The notes below the pieces were generated by a model. The model was not told the DNA's origin. It was given only the letters and a program-made list of their open reading frames with translations, and did not search any database. 64,000 nt of DNA. Origin: an uncultured Gemmatimonadaceae bacterium. GTDB taxonomy: Bacteria > Gemmatimonadota > Gemmatimonadetes > Gemmatimonadales > Gemmatimonadaceae. The stretch is from the NCBI GenBank assembly GCA_963781585.1, contig CAWAGQ010000011.1, positions 320,001 to 384,000 of the forward strand, read 5' to 3'. How positions within the stretch are numbered: the stretch's first letter is position 1; the number at the start of each line of letters is the position of its first letter. This document shows positions 22,345 through 34,220 of the stretch, piece after piece. The position numbers were made by a program, and so were the translations under genes.

Positions 22345-24063
<1,719 letters not shown>

Positions 24064-24116
24064 GAAGGAACCTCTCCGCGGGCGACCTGAGGGATGAGTT
24101 GAAGACGTGAGTCCTG

Positions 24117-24146
24117 TCTTTGGCCTTTGGCCTTTGGCCTTTGGCC
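24117..24146 (+). repeat. (CTTTGGC)x4 heptamer repeat
   Basis: Directly visible; reverse complement of the 8073 array unit. Confidence 0.9.
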
Positions 24147-24290
24147 TAAGGTGGAATGATAGTCCGGCCGGAAACCATCGCCAACCGCGACCGGTCTATC
24201 GCGTCAACGGGGTCGGCTTCATAGCTTGCACTGCCACCCCCGGATCGCATCACTTCCTCCGGGCATCGCATGCACACGACGGGACCCACC

Positions 24291-26882
24291 GTGACACCGC
24301 GCACGCTCGCCGGCGTCGCCGCGCCAATCGCGCTTCTGGTCATGCTCGCCTGCGGCGGAGGCGACAAAGCCGCCGGGCCGGGCGGTGTGAGCGTGGTCGA
24401 GATCACGTCGCCAGGCACGTCGCTGCAGGTTGGCGCCACGCTGGCGCTGACCGTGCGCTACTACGACGCCGCGCACACGCAACTCAGTGGGAAATCGGTC
24501 ACGTTCTCGTCGTCGAATACGGCGGTGGCGACGGTCAGCAGCGTGGGAGTGGTCAGCGGGGTGACCCCCGGCTCGGTCACGATCAGCGCCGACGTGGAGG
24601 GAACCGGCGGCACGATAACGCTGAGCGTGGTCCCGGTGCCGGTGGCGTCGATCGTCATCACGCCGGCCAAGCCCGCGGTGCGCGAAGGCGAGATGATCAC
24701 CCTCACCGGTCAGCCGGTGGATGTGGTAGGGCGACCGCTGTCCGGACACACGGTGAGCTGGTCGAGCGCCAACCCGGCGATGGCGACGGTGGACCCGTCG
24801 GGGGGCGTGGTGACCGGGATCACCCCGGGGTCGGTGTACATCCGCGCCGAGACCGAGGGGAGACGCGACAGCGTCAGCCTGCGGGTAAAGAGCCTGAACG
24901 CGCCGGTCATCACCGCCAGCGACCCGGCGCTGATCGTGCCCGGAATCACCGGCACCGTCACCGGGACCAATTTCGGCGCCACGCCTAACGACAACGAGGT
25001 CCTGGTCAACGGCGTGTCGGCCGTGGTCACCGCCGCCTCGCCCACCAGCGTGTCGTTCACCGTCCCGGCCGCCATCGCGCTGCCCTGTACCCCTACCGGC
25101 CCGGTTCCGGTATCGCTCGTCGCCAACGCCGATACCGCCACCGTGGCCATGGCGCTCCAGATGGCCACCCCCCGCACCCTGGCGCTGGGCGAGTCGCTCC
25201 TGCTCACCAGCCAGACGGATCTGTCCTGCAACGAGTTCGCGGCCACCGGTGGCCGCTACCTCATCACCGCCTTCAACTACGCGACCAACGGCGGCGTCCG
25301 CACCTCATTCGAGTTGCTCGGCGCCAGTACGGCTCCGGCGGCGATGCAACCGGCGGCGACAGGCGCGCGCCTCGACCCGCTGGCCACCACCGGCGCCCGC
25401 CTCGTCCTGCCGACCACGTCCGGCCTGCAGGCAGACGAGGATCCCCTCACCCGGCATCTGCGCGCGCACCTCGCCTTCAGGCAGCGGGATCAGGAGATGG
25501 CGCGGCGCCTGGGGAATCCGCGCCTGCGGGAGAGGATGCAACAGCGCGCGGCTCAGCCGAACGTGGCCTTCGCCGTGAATCCGCCGCCACCGGTGGGCAG
25601 CATGGTGACCTACCGCATGCCACGCACGCTCGGAAACTACGATACCTACGACAACGTACAATTTCGCGTGGTCTATGTGGGCTCCAGGATCATCATCTTC
25701 GAAGACGTGGGGGCGCCGCTCGCTCACACCATGGATTCCGAGTACCAGCGCATGGGCCAGGAATTCGACCAGGTGACCTGGCCGATCCTGCAGAACTTCG
25801 GCAATCCGCTCGTGGTGGACTCCGCGCTCGACAACAACGGCCACCTGATCGCGCTCTTCTCTCCACGCGTGAACAACTACACAGTCGCCGGTCTGTCCAA
25901 TCAGGTCCTCGGATACGTGACCCTCTGCGACTTCTTCACGCAGGCCGAGTGTGCCGCGAGCAACGAGGCCGAGGCGTTCTATGCGCTGGTCCCCAACCCC
26001 AACGGCGGCGGCTACTCGATCAGCACGTGGCGGCGATACATGCGCTCCACCCTGGCGCACGAGTCGAAGCACATCACGTCCTACGCCGAGCGGTATTACC
26101 GCGACGCCGACGTGAGCCAGCTCGAGGAAACCTGGCTCGAGGAGGCGACGGCGCAGGCATCGAGCGAGATCTGGGCGCGCCAGATGTATCACCACCAGGA
26201 ATTCGACGACATCGGCTGGGCCGATGGCCCGCTCTGCGACTACGCGCCCGACTCCGCCACCTGCCCCGATCCGGCCGAAGGGATCCTGCATCATTTCGGG
26301 TTTCTCTACGACCACTACGACGCCCTCGAGACCAAGTCGATTCTCGACGACCCCAACGGCGTCGAGGACCCGGTGATCTACGGGAGTTCGTGGTCGTTCG
26401 TGCGGTGGATCGCCGACACCTACGGCCCCGACGAGGGGACGTTCTTCCGCTCGATCGTGCAGGTGAAGAACGACCACGGCGTGCCGAACATCGAATCCAA
26501 GACGGGGCGGTCATTCTCGGAGCTGCTCGGGCTGTGGTCGCTGGCCTCGCTGGCCGACAACTATCCCGGTGGCACAATCAACGATCAGCGGCTGAAACTC
26601 CGCAGCTGGAACAGCCGTGACCTGTTCGCCGAAATGAGCGCCAACCTCACGTACGTCGGAGGCGGGACTCCCTTCCCCAAACCGTGGCCGCTGGCGGTGC
26701 GCGAGGTGAACTTCGGCACCTTCTCCACCAGTCAGCAGATGGTGTCGCAGCTGCGCGGGGGCGGCTTCGCGGCGTGGGACGTCTCCGGGGTGGAGGCGGC
26801 GCCCCAGGTACTGGCCATCCGCAACGTCAATGGCGGTCTTCCCCCGGCGTTGATCGGCATGGCGATCGTGCGGGTGCAATGA
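24291..26882 (+). CDS. Lipoprotein with two Big_2 Ig-like domains, an IPT/TIG domain and a zinc metallopeptidase-like domain
   Basis: Lipobox MLAC; 'FSSSNTAVATV' and 'WSSANPAMATV' repeats; 'VTGTNFG'; HESKH plus 'WLEEA'. Start is 24270 or 24291. Confidence 0.8.
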   Translation: MTPRTLAGVAAPIALLVMLACGGGDKAAGPGGVSVVEITSPGTSLQVGATLALTVRYYDAAHTQLSGKSVTFSSSNTAVATVSSVGVVSGVTPGSVTISADVEGTGGTITLSVVPVPVASIVITPAKPAVREGEMITLTGQPVDVVGRPLSGHTVSWSSANPAMATVDPSGGVVTGITPGSVYIRAETEGRRDSVSLRVKSLNAPVITASDPALIVPGITGTVTGTNFGATPNDNEVLVNGVSAVVTAASPTSVSFTVPAAIALPCTPTGPVPVSLVANADTATVAMALQMATPRTLALGESLLLTSQTDLSCNEFAATGGRYLITAFNYATNGGVRTSFELLGASTAPAAMQPAATGARLDPLATTGARLVLPTTSGLQADEDPLTRHLRAHLAFRQRDQEMARRLGNPRLRERMQQRAAQPNVAFAVNPPPPVGSMVTYRMPRTLGNYDTYDNVQFRVVYVGSRIIIFEDVGAPLAHTMDSEYQRMGQEFDQVTWPILQNFGNPLVVDSALDNNGHLIALFSPRVNNYTVAGLSNQVLGYVTLCDFFTQAECAASNEAEAFYALVPNPNGGGYSISTWRRYMRSTLAHESKHITSYAERYYRDADVSQLEETWLEEATAQASSEIWARQMYHHQEFDDIGWADGPLCDYAPDSATCPDPAEGILHHFGFLYDHYDALETKSILDDPNGVEDPVIYGSSWSFVRWIADTYGPDEGTFFRSIVQVKNDHGVPNIESKTGRSFSELLGLWSLASLADNYPGGTINDQRLKLRSWNSRDLFAEMSANLTYVGGGTPFPKPWPLAVREVNFGTFSTSQQMVSQLRGGGFAAWDVSGVEAAPQVLAIRNVNGGLPPALIGMAIVRVQ

Positions 26883-27493
26883 ACCAGACGCTGTCCGCCT
26901 CGCTTCGCTCCATTCCGCTGGCGCTCACCATCTTCCGGATCTGCTCGGCGCCGGTGCTGGTGGTACTGGCCGGCATGGGCAAGGATCGCTTCTTCCTGTG
27001 GCTCGCGGTCGCGGCGCTGCTGAGCGACGCGATCGATGGGACGATCGCGCGCCGCCTCGGTGCCGCGTCCGAGACCGGACGCCTGCTCGACAGCTGGGCC
27101 GATCTGCTGATCGCCCTGACCGCGTTCGTGGGCGCGACGCTGCTCTGGCCGGTGACGATGCGTCAGGAGGCGTACTTCTTCGCCCTCGCGCTGGCGGCGC
27201 TGGTGCTGCCTAACGCCTACGCGCTCGTCCGGTTCCGCCGGTTGCTGGGCTATCACACCATGTCGGCCAAGGCATCGGGGGTGCTGCTGAGCGTCGGTGC
27301 GGTGCTCATGTTCGTCGGCATCTCACCGCTCCTGTTCCGGGTTGCCGCCGTGCTCGAGGCGTGCGTCGCCTGCGAGTACGTCGTCATCTCCCTGCTGGTT
27401 CCGGAGTGGACGGGCGAGATCAAGTCGGTGTGGCACGCGTGGCGAATGCGGAGTGGTGCCGCACGCAGCTCTCAGCTGACGGCCGGCGGCTGA
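26879..27493 (+). CDS. CDP-alcohol phosphatidyltransferase family protein
   Basis: 'SDAIDGTIARRLGAASETGRLLDSWAD' signature. Confidence 0.9.
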   Translation: MNQTLSASLRSIPLALTIFRICSAPVLVVLAGMGKDRFFLWLAVAALLSDAIDGTIARRLGAASETGRLLDSWADLLIALTAFVGATLLWPVTMRQEAYFFALALAALVLPNAYALVRFRRLLGYHTMSAKASGVLLSVGAVLMFVGISPLLFRVAAVLEACVACEYVVISLLVPEWTGEIKSVWHAWRMRSGAARSSQLTAGG

Positions 27494-27516
27494 CGGCTCT
27501 CGAGCAGAGCGGGCAG

Positions 27517-28404
27517 ATGCACTTCTTCGGCTCCCACACCAGCGCCGACGGCGGCATCCACATGGCCGTTCGCCGCGCGGCCAAGGCGGGCATGCGCGCC
27601 CTGCAGGTGTTCAGCGCCAAACCGCAGTTCTACGGCGACAATGTCACCGTGCGCGCGGAGCGCGCCGAGCGGTTCGCCAGCGCGGTGAACGAGGTGGGAC
27701 TCGACCGCCGGATGATCCTGGTGCACGCGGCCTACGTGATCAATGTCGCGTCACCCGAGCCCGACAAGTACGCACGCTCCCGGCACGGACTCGCCAAGGA
27801 GCTGGAGCGCACGACGACGCTCGGCGTACCGGGATTCTGCTTTCACCCGGGATCGGCCGGCGCCAGCGATCCCGCCGGCGCCCTCGAACGCATCGCCGGG
27901 GCCATCACCCATGCCATCGAGACGGTTCCCGGGTCGGCGCGAATCCTGATCGAAAACACCGCCGGTGCGGGGCGGACCATGGGGCGCACCGCCGAGGAGA
28001 TCGCGCGGATGATCTCGCTGGTCCCGGCGCACCTGCGCCATCGCACCGGCTATGGCCTGGACACCTGCCACCTCTTCGCGAGCGGCCACGACATCGCCGC
28101 CTCGGCGACCGCCCTGTCGGACGTTCTCGATCGCTTCACGGAGGCCGTCGGGGGCGCGCCCGCCTTCTTTCACCTCAATGATTCGGAAGGCGAGCTGGGC
28201 TCCAACCGCGACCGCCACGCGCTGATCGGCGAGGGACGCATCGGCGCCGAACCCTTCCGGTGGCTCCTTTCCGACGCGCGTTCGCAGGACGTTCCGCTGA
28301 TCCTGGAAACACCGCAGGCGCGTTCGCAGGTCGCCGACGACGACGAGTCGCCGGACGACAATGACGTGCGGATGCTTCGGGTGCTGGGGGAGATGGAGGG
28401 GTGA
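27517..28404 (+). CDS. nfo: Endonuclease IV (AP endonuclease family 2)
   Basis: HAAY, FHPG, ENTAG, DTCH, HLNDS, DRH and ETP metal-ligand motifs. Confidence 0.95.
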   Translation: MHFFGSHTSADGGIHMAVRRAAKAGMRALQVFSAKPQFYGDNVTVRAERAERFASAVNEVGLDRRMILVHAAYVINVASPEPDKYARSRHGLAKELERTTTLGVPGFCFHPGSAGASDPAGALERIAGAITHAIETVPGSARILIENTAGAGRTMGRTAEEIARMISLVPAHLRHRTGYGLDTCHLFASGHDIAASATALSDVLDRFTEAVGGAPAFFHLNDSEGELGSNRDRHALIGEGRIGAEPFRWLLSDARSQDVPLILETPQARSQVADDDESPDDNDVRMLRVLGEMEG

Positions 28405-28407
28405 GTG

Positions 28408-28520
28408 GGTAGCTTTTCAGCGATCAGCGAACAAGTTGCGCGAGCAGGCGTCCAGCAACTGCTCGCTCTGCTTGATACCTGATGGCTGACGACAGAAAGT
28501 GACTAAAAAACTGATTACCG
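28408..28520 (+). repeat. Degenerate heptamer repeats (CAGCGAT CAGCGAA ... GCTGACG)
   Basis: 7-nt periodic CAG/CTG units in the nfo-hydrolase spacer. Confidence 0.45.
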
Positions 28521-28532
28521 AGTGGAGTCCCC

Positions 28533-30113
28533 ATGTCGCGACCGTCCCTCCCCCTGCTGTTTGCCCTGCTCACCTCCGTCGCGTCCACGGTCGCGGCCCA
28601 GCGGCGCGATGCCTTCGTGCTCCTGGTCGGCAATGACACGATCGCCGTCGAGCGATTCGTGCGATCGTCGACTCGGCTCGAGTCCGAATTGCTGTTCCGG
28701 GCCCAGAATGGACGCTTCACGTTCTCGGCGACCCTCAACCCCGACGGCACCGTCTCGCGGCTCGACAACGCCTATCGCAGCGCCGACGCGGACCGGACCG
28801 GTCCGCCCGCCCAGTCCGCCGTTTTCCACTTCGTCGGCGACAGCGCCATCGTCGACATCACGACCGGTGGACGCGTCGTGACCCAGCGCCTCAAGAGTGT
28901 CGAAGGTGCCATCCCGTTCATCAACCCGTCGTTCGCGCTCATGGAGCTCGTGCTGGCGCGCGCACGCCGGCTCGGCGGCGATAGCGTGGCCGTGCCCGCG
29001 TTCGCGGTGCAGGGCGGACAGGTCATCACCTTTACGGTGACCCATCTCGACGGCGATTCGGTGGCCATAGGGGCATCCAATGCGTCGATGCACGTCGCGG
29101 TGAACGCGGGTTCGGACATTCTCGGTGGCGTAGTAGCCGCACAGGGGCTCCGGATCGTCCGCGTGCGAAACGCCCCCGAGTCGGGGCTCACGGTGGCCCC
29201 GCGCGACTACTCCGCGCCGCCCGACGCTTCTTACACCGCCGAAGAGGTGGCTATCCCGACCACGGCCGGTTTCACGCTCGCGGGGACGCTCACCCTTCCG
29301 AAGGACGCCCCGCGGCCGCTGGCGGCCCTGGTGACGATCACTGGCAGCGGACTCCAGGATCGCGACGAGTCGCTCCCGATCGTAGCCGGCTACGGTCTCT
29401 TTCGGCAGATCGCGGACACACTCTCACGGCACGGGATCGCCGTGTTGCGGATGGACGATCGAGGGTATGGCGCCTCCGGCGGTAATGCCGCGCGCGCGAC
29501 ATCGGCCGACTTCGCCGACGACATCCGGTCGGCGCTCACCTACCTGCGCGGGCGCGCCGACATGGACGGGCGCCGCCTCGGACTCATCGGTCACAGCGAG
29601 GGAGGGATCATCGCGCCCATGATCGCCGCCACCGACGCGTCGCTGCGCGGCATCGTCATCATGGCGGGCCCGTCGTGGACAGGGCGCCGCATCATCCAGT
29701 ACCAGAACCGCTACCTCCTCGAGCAATCTCCCGACGTGGTGCCCGCGCAGCGTGATTCGCTTCTTGCCCTGTCCATGCACACCGTGGACTCGACCTCGGC
29801 GGGACAGCCGTGGATGCGGTATTTCCTCGCGTACGACCCGCTGGTCGCCGCGCGCAAGGTGCGCGTGCCGGTGCTCATTCTCCAGGGGGCGACGGATCGC
29901 CAGGTCACCGCCGAGCAGGCCCCGGAGCTGGCGGCCGCCATCCGGTCCGGCGGAAACAGCGACGTCACGCTCCAGGTCTTCCCGAACACGGATCATCTCT
30001 TCCTCGCCGATTCCACCGGGAATCCGCTGGAATACGCCAGGCTCGACACGCACACCGTCCGGAGCGAGGTTCTGGGCGCGGTGGTGACCTGGGTGCAGAA
30101 GCACTTTCGCTGA
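28533..30113 (+). CDS. Secreted alpha/beta hydrolase (S9/S15-like)
   Basis: Signal peptide; 'TGSGLQDRDE', 'DDRGYGASGG', nucleophile GHSEG, 'QGATDRQV', 'DHLF'. Confidence 0.9.
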   Translation: MSRPSLPLLFALLTSVASTVAAQRRDAFVLLVGNDTIAVERFVRSSTRLESELLFRAQNGRFTFSATLNPDGTVSRLDNAYRSADADRTGPPAQSAVFHFVGDSAIVDITTGGRVVTQRLKSVEGAIPFINPSFALMELVLARARRLGGDSVAVPAFAVQGGQVITFTVTHLDGDSVAIGASNASMHVAVNAGSDILGGVVAAQGLRIVRVRNAPESGLTVAPRDYSAPPDASYTAEEVAIPTTAGFTLAGTLTLPKDAPRPLAALVTITGSGLQDRDESLPIVAGYGLFRQIADTLSRHGIAVLRMDDRGYGASGGNAARATSADFADDIRSALTYLRGRADMDGRRLGLIGHSEGGIIAPMIAATDASLRGIVIMAGPSWTGRRIIQYQNRYLLEQSPDVVPAQRDSLLALSMHTVDSTSAGQPWMRYFLAYDPLVAARKVRVPVLILQGATDRQVTAEQAPELAAAIRSGGNSDVTLQVFPNTDHLFLADSTGNPLEYARLDTHTVRSEVLGAVVTWVQKHFR

Positions 30114-30291
30114 GCGGGCGGCGCCTCCCGATGGCGAAGGCGACTGTGCGATGCGTATCGCGCATCGCGTTTTCCCGGGAGAAACACACATCTCCCTATT
30201 GCGCGTACCCAAGGCGATCTTAGTTTTGGCCCGTCGGAAGGTACCGTCCTCAGAGAGAATTCGCTTCGACCATATCACCAGGAGACAACCG

Positions 30292-30621
30292 ATGGCCGCT
30301 AAGAAGAAGGCTGCCAGGAAGGGCGCACGCAAAGCTGCGAAGAAGGCCCCCGCCAAGAAGAAGTCGAAGCGAGTGCCGAATGCTGCATTCATGAAGCCGA
30401 TGACGCCGAGCGCCGACCTCGCGGCGGTGATCGGCCCCAAGGCCCGCCCGCGCTCGCAGGTGGCGAAGTCGATCTGGGATTACATCAAGAAGAACAAGCT
30501 GCAGGATTCAAAGAACCGTCGCATGATCAACGCCGATGACAAACTGCGCCGCGTGTTCAACGGCAAGAATCAGGTCTCGATGTTCGACATGACGAAGCTG
30601 GTGAGCAAGCATCTGAGCTAG
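30292..30621 (+). CDS. SWIB/MDM2 domain protein with Lys/Ala-rich histone-like N-terminus
   Basis: RBS AGGAG; 'NAAFMKPMTPSADLAAVIG...IWDYIKKNKLQD..NRRMINADDKL'. Confidence 0.92.
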   Translation: MAAKKKAARKGARKAAKKAPAKKKSKRVPNAAFMKPMTPSADLAAVIGPKARPRSQVAKSIWDYIKKNKLQDSKNRRMINADDKLRRVFNGKNQVSMFDMTKLVSKHLS

Positions 30622-30648
30622 CGTACGAGTGTCGGACTTCGCGGTGTG

Positions 30649-30676
30649 AGAGGCGCGCCCCCGGGCGCGCCTCTTC
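30649..30676 (+). terminator. Hairpin downstream of the SWIB gene
   Basis: AGAGGCGCGCCC-CC-GGGCGCGCCTCT inverted repeat. Confidence 0.6.
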
Positions 30677-30868
30677 GCGTCACGGCACCCGACGCCGGGT
30701 GAGCCGTAGTTAGATTGGGTGCTGGCGTCGGGTGACCGGGGCGGTGGGCGCGGTGGGGGAGCACGACGACCCCGAGCATCTGCCGCCTTGTCACCCATGC
30801 CGGGCGCGCGGAACGCGTCGCGCCGAATCGCTGCCGGACCTCATCGACCACCGGAGCAGACCCCGCCG

Positions 30869-31678
30869 TTGCCCAAACGCTCGAAGACGCCGCGCAAGAG
30901 CGCCGCTCCGAAGCCCTCCAACGTCGTCGCCGCGGCTCGTGCCGGGAAGGCGCCGCGCAAGTCGACCACGACGCCGTGGGAGCACGTCAAAGGGATCGGG
31001 AGCGCGATCCTGATCTTTCTCTTTCTGCGCACCTTTTTCATCGAGGCCTATCGCATCCCGTCGGGGAGCATGATTCCCACGCTCCTCATCGGCGACTGGT
31101 TGTTCGTGAACAAGCTCGTGTACGGACCCCACATTCCGTTCACGCGGATCAACCTCCCCGGCTACTCGGAGCCGCATCGGTATCAGGTCGCGGTGTTCGT
31201 GTCCCCCCCCCAGTCCGATCAGCCGGACGACCCCACGCCGATACTGGTGAAGCGCATCATCGGGTTGCCGGGGGATACGCTCTACATGCGCGGCGGGAAG
31301 TTGTACGTGAACGGCATCGAGCAGCGTCAGGGATACGGCGCGCAGTCGGAGCCGGGGACGCCGCCCGACTACTACGACCCGCTGTTCAGCTGGCAGGCGC
31401 GGATCGCGCTTCACAACACGCGCTTCGGATCTGCGCCCGAGCATCCCCAGGTCGACGACTGGGGGCCGCTCCTGATTCCGGCGCGGCATTATTTCATGAT
31501 GGGAGACAACCGGTACCAGTCGAAGGACAGCCGCTACTGGGGGGTGGTGCCGCGGGAGAATTTCCGTGGGCGGCCACTGTTTGTGTATTACTCGTTTGTG
31601 CCCTCGAACGAGAGTGACCGACCGCTGTCGTTCATCACCGACATTCGGTGGCGGCGGCTGGGGCACTGGATCCGCTGA
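30869..31678 (+). CDS. lepB: Signal peptidase I
   Basis: 'IPSGSMIPTL', 'VKRIIGLPGD', 'MGDNRYQSKDSRYWG'; start codon uncertain (TTG 30869 chosen). Confidence 0.93.
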   Translation: MPKRSKTPRKSAAPKPSNVVAAARAGKAPRKSTTTPWEHVKGIGSAILIFLFLRTFFIEAYRIPSGSMIPTLLIGDWLFVNKLVYGPHIPFTRINLPGYSEPHRYQVAVFVSPPQSDQPDDPTPILVKRIIGLPGDTLYMRGGKLYVNGIEQRQGYGAQSEPGTPPDYYDPLFSWQARIALHNTRFGSAPEHPQVDDWGPLLIPARHYFMMGDNRYQSKDSRYWGVVPRENFRGRPLFVYYSFVPSNESDRPLSFITDIRWRRLGHWIR

Positions 31679-31689
31679 AACTCCGGCGG

Positions 31690-31785
31690 ACAGCTGTCCG
31701 CTTCAAGCCAGTAGCTGACCGCTGCTAGCTGGTGACTGACCGCCGTTCGCTGGCCGCTGATGTTGACCGCTGAACGCTGACAACC
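31690..31785 (+). repeat. Degenerate heptamer repeats (GCTGACC type) upstream of the RidA gene
   Basis: GCTGACC GCTGCTA GCTGGTG ACTGACC GCCGTTC GCTGGCC GCTGATG...GCTGAAC GCTGACA. Confidence 0.75.
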
Positions 31786-31802
31786 ATTCCTGGAGGTGCC
31801 TC

Positions 31803-32288
31803 GTGCGCATGGGAATCGTGCTTCCTCTCGTCCTGGCCGGCGGAGTTTCGTTAGGCTGGGCGGTGGCCAGGGCCACGCCGGCGCAGCAGGGTGGCGCCAT
31901 CACCGAGACGGTCAACGGCATCACCTACCACATGCCCTACGGCCGGCCCACCCGTCCGTTCACGCCGGCCGTGCAGGTCGGCAATCTCCTCTTCCTGTCG
32001 GGAGAGATCGGCACCACCGCCCAGGGTGGCCTGGCGCCGGGCGGGATCGAGGCCGAGACGCGCCAGACGATGATGAACATCAGGGACGTGCTGGAGAAGT
32101 CGGGCTCGTCGATGGATCGCGTGGTGAAGTGCACGGTCTTCCTGGCCGACATGAAGGAATGGGACGCGATGAACGGCGTGTACGCGACGTTCTTCCCCGA
32201 CCACAAGCCGGCCCGGAGCGCGTTCGGCGCCACCGGACTCGCCCTCAACGCGCGAACCGAGATCGAGTGCGTCGCCCGCATGAAGTAG
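31803..32288 (+). CDS. RidA/YjgF family protein with N-terminal signal-peptide-like extension
   Basis: 'LFLSGEIG', 'VVKCTVFLADM', 'PARSA', 'EIE'. Confidence 0.9.
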   Translation: MRMGIVLPLVLAGGVSLGWAVARATPAQQGGAITETVNGITYHMPYGRPTRPFTPAVQVGNLLFLSGEIGTTAQGGLAPGGIEAETRQTMMNIRDVLEKSGSSMDRVVKCTVFLADMKEWDAMNGVYATFFPDHKPARSAFGATGLALNARTEIECVARMK

Positions 32289-32314
32289 CGCGCGGCGCGG
32301 GGCCGGGGCGCGCC

Positions 32315-33334
32315 ATGAGGTCCGTCGTCGCCGGCGCGGCAATCGGCGGGCTGCTGGCGGCCGTGCCACCGGCCGGGATCCGGCCGCCCGGCGTCGGACC
32401 GCTCCCGGCCGGTGGCACGGTCGCCGTCGACACGTTCTGGAGCCAGTCGTTAGGCATCCGCAAGCGCCTCGTCGTCTGGCTGCCACCGTCCTACGGCACG
32501 GATCCGGCACGCCGCTATCCGGTCGCCTATTACCTCCACGGGGCGTTCGGCAACGAAACCGACTGGACCGCCCGGGCCGGGCTGGACCACACGCTCGATT
32601 CCCTGGTCGCGGCCGGCCTCCCCGAAATCATCGTCGCGATGCCCGACGGCGACGACGGATGGTACACCACCTGGAACGTCCTCGGCGACAACGCCGCATG
32701 TCGCCGGGCGCATGCCAGGCAGGGGAACGAGCCCGCCGACGACTACTGCGTCCCGTGGCCGCATTACGACGACTACATCGCCCACGACCTGGTGTCGTTC
32801 GTGGATCGCACCTACCGCACCCGCGCCGACCGGCTCCACCGCGGGATCGCCGGACTGAGCATGGGCGGGTACGGCGCCGTCGCCCTCGCGCTCGCCTATC
32901 CCGAGGTCTTCTCCGCCGCCGCGAGTCACTCCGGCGTGCTGGCGCCGCTCGCCGGCACCGTTCCGCCGGCCCGGGGCGCGCCGCGTTATGCAGCAGCCAT
33001 CGACTCGCTGCGGGCCCGTTACCAGGCGCCGCTCTGGGGCATCATGGCGCCGGCATTCGGCAACGACACCTCCGCCTGGTGGGCGCGCGATCCCGGACGA
33101 CTCGCCGCGCGCCTCCTCCGCGAGCGCCCGTCGCTCGTGCCCGCGCTCCTGATCGACTGTGGCACCGCCGACCCGTTCCTCGACCAGAATCGCCTGTTTC
33201 GTGACACCATGGCGCAACTGGGAATCCCGGTCACCTACGCGGAATGGCCGGGGGCGCACACCTGGGACTACTGGCGTCGGCACGGCGCCGAGAGCGCGGC
33301 CTGGCTGGCGCAGAAACTGGCAGCGAGCAGGTAA
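32315..33334 (+). CDS. Putative esterase (alpha/beta hydrolase, CE1/tributyrin esterase-like)
   Basis: 'VWLPPSY', 'YPVAYYLHG', GLSMGG, 'GAHTWDYW'. Confidence 0.9.
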   Translation: MRSVVAGAAIGGLLAAVPPAGIRPPGVGPLPAGGTVAVDTFWSQSLGIRKRLVVWLPPSYGTDPARRYPVAYYLHGAFGNETDWTARAGLDHTLDSLVAAGLPEIIVAMPDGDDGWYTTWNVLGDNAACRRAHARQGNEPADDYCVPWPHYDDYIAHDLVSFVDRTYRTRADRLHRGIAGLSMGGYGAVALALAYPEVFSAAASHSGVLAPLAGTVPPARGAPRYAAAIDSLRARYQAPLWGIMAPAFGNDTSAWWARDPGRLAARLLRERPSLVPALLIDCGTADPFLDQNRLFRDTMAQLGIPVTYAEWPGAHTWDYWRRHGAESAAWLAQKLAASR

Positions 33335-33339
33335 CGGGT

Positions 33340-33507
33340 ACAGCATTCAGCTGGCAGCGATCAGCTGTCAAATGGAGTCGGCAGTGTACAGCCTTCATTT
33401 TGGGAGCTGTCAGACGAACGCAGAGTGACATGGTCTGTTCGCCGGAGTCTGCCAGCTGGCATCTGACGGCTCCGGTCGTGGGCTGCGAGCTGAGCGCTGT
33501 CCGCTGA
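33340..33507 (+). repeat. Degenerate heptamer repeats (CAGC half, then GCTGA half)
   Basis: CAGCATT CAGCTGG CAGCGAT CAGCTGT ... GCTGCGA GCTGAGC GCTGTCC GCTGATT. Confidence 0.65.
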
Positions 33508-33531
33508 TTCCCCCCCCGATATTCGACCTTC

Positions 33532-34080
33532 ATGCGCGGATTCTTCCCCCGGCAGACCGGTGCGTGGAAAACCATCGAGGAGGCGACGTCGTTCCGCCGC
33601 GTCTCGCTGTCGGTGGTCGAGATGGCCGTGCTCACCGGCGTCGTGCTCCGCGTCTACCGCGCCACCGTCATCTCGTTAGGCGCCGGGCGCGGCTGGCTCT
33701 ACCTCGGCGCCACCTTCGCCGTCGCATTCGCCCTGCTGTTCGGGATGGCCACCCTCCACCTCGGCAATTTCACCGTGCGCCAGTGGCTCTGGCGCGCCCC
33801 GGTGTTCGCTGCCATCGAGGCCGCCACCGAGGCCGCGGTCAGCCTGGGTCTGATTGCCCTCGGCCGCGAGCCGCTCGGCTCCGAACGCGCCACGTTCGGC
33901 GACTGGCCGACCATGGTGCGCGATGTCTTCATCTGGCGCGTCGGCACGGTCGTGGTCTTCGCGCTCCTCCTGGCCGGCGTGGTCCAGCTGGTGCGACGCA
34001 TTCTGCTGAAACACGAACATCGCGACCACACCCTCCGCGCCGTGCACGAAATGACCGCGGAGCACAAGGCGGAGCAGTGA
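33532..34080 (+). CDS. Hypothetical membrane protein (about 4 TM)
   Basis: 182-aa ORF with hydrophobic segments and typical codon bias. Confidence 0.7.
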   Translation: MRGFFPRQTGAWKTIEEATSFRRVSLSVVEMAVLTGVVLRVYRATVISLGAGRGWLYLGATFAVAFALLFGMATLHLGNFTVRQWLWRAPVFAAIEAATEAAVSLGLIALGREPLGSERATFGDWPTMVRDVFIWRVGTVVVFALLLAGVVQLVRRILLKHEHRDHTLRAVHEMTAEHKAEQ

Positions 34081-34220
34081 ACGGGCAGCCCTCAGAGCTC
34101 GGCGGTCGTCTCCCGGGAAGCTGGCCGTCGACCGCGACAGCGGCTGGCTGATCGCCTCACTTGATAGCTGACCGTGACCGAGGCTCGCTGCGCCCCTCCG
34201 ACCATTCGTATATTTCTCCC

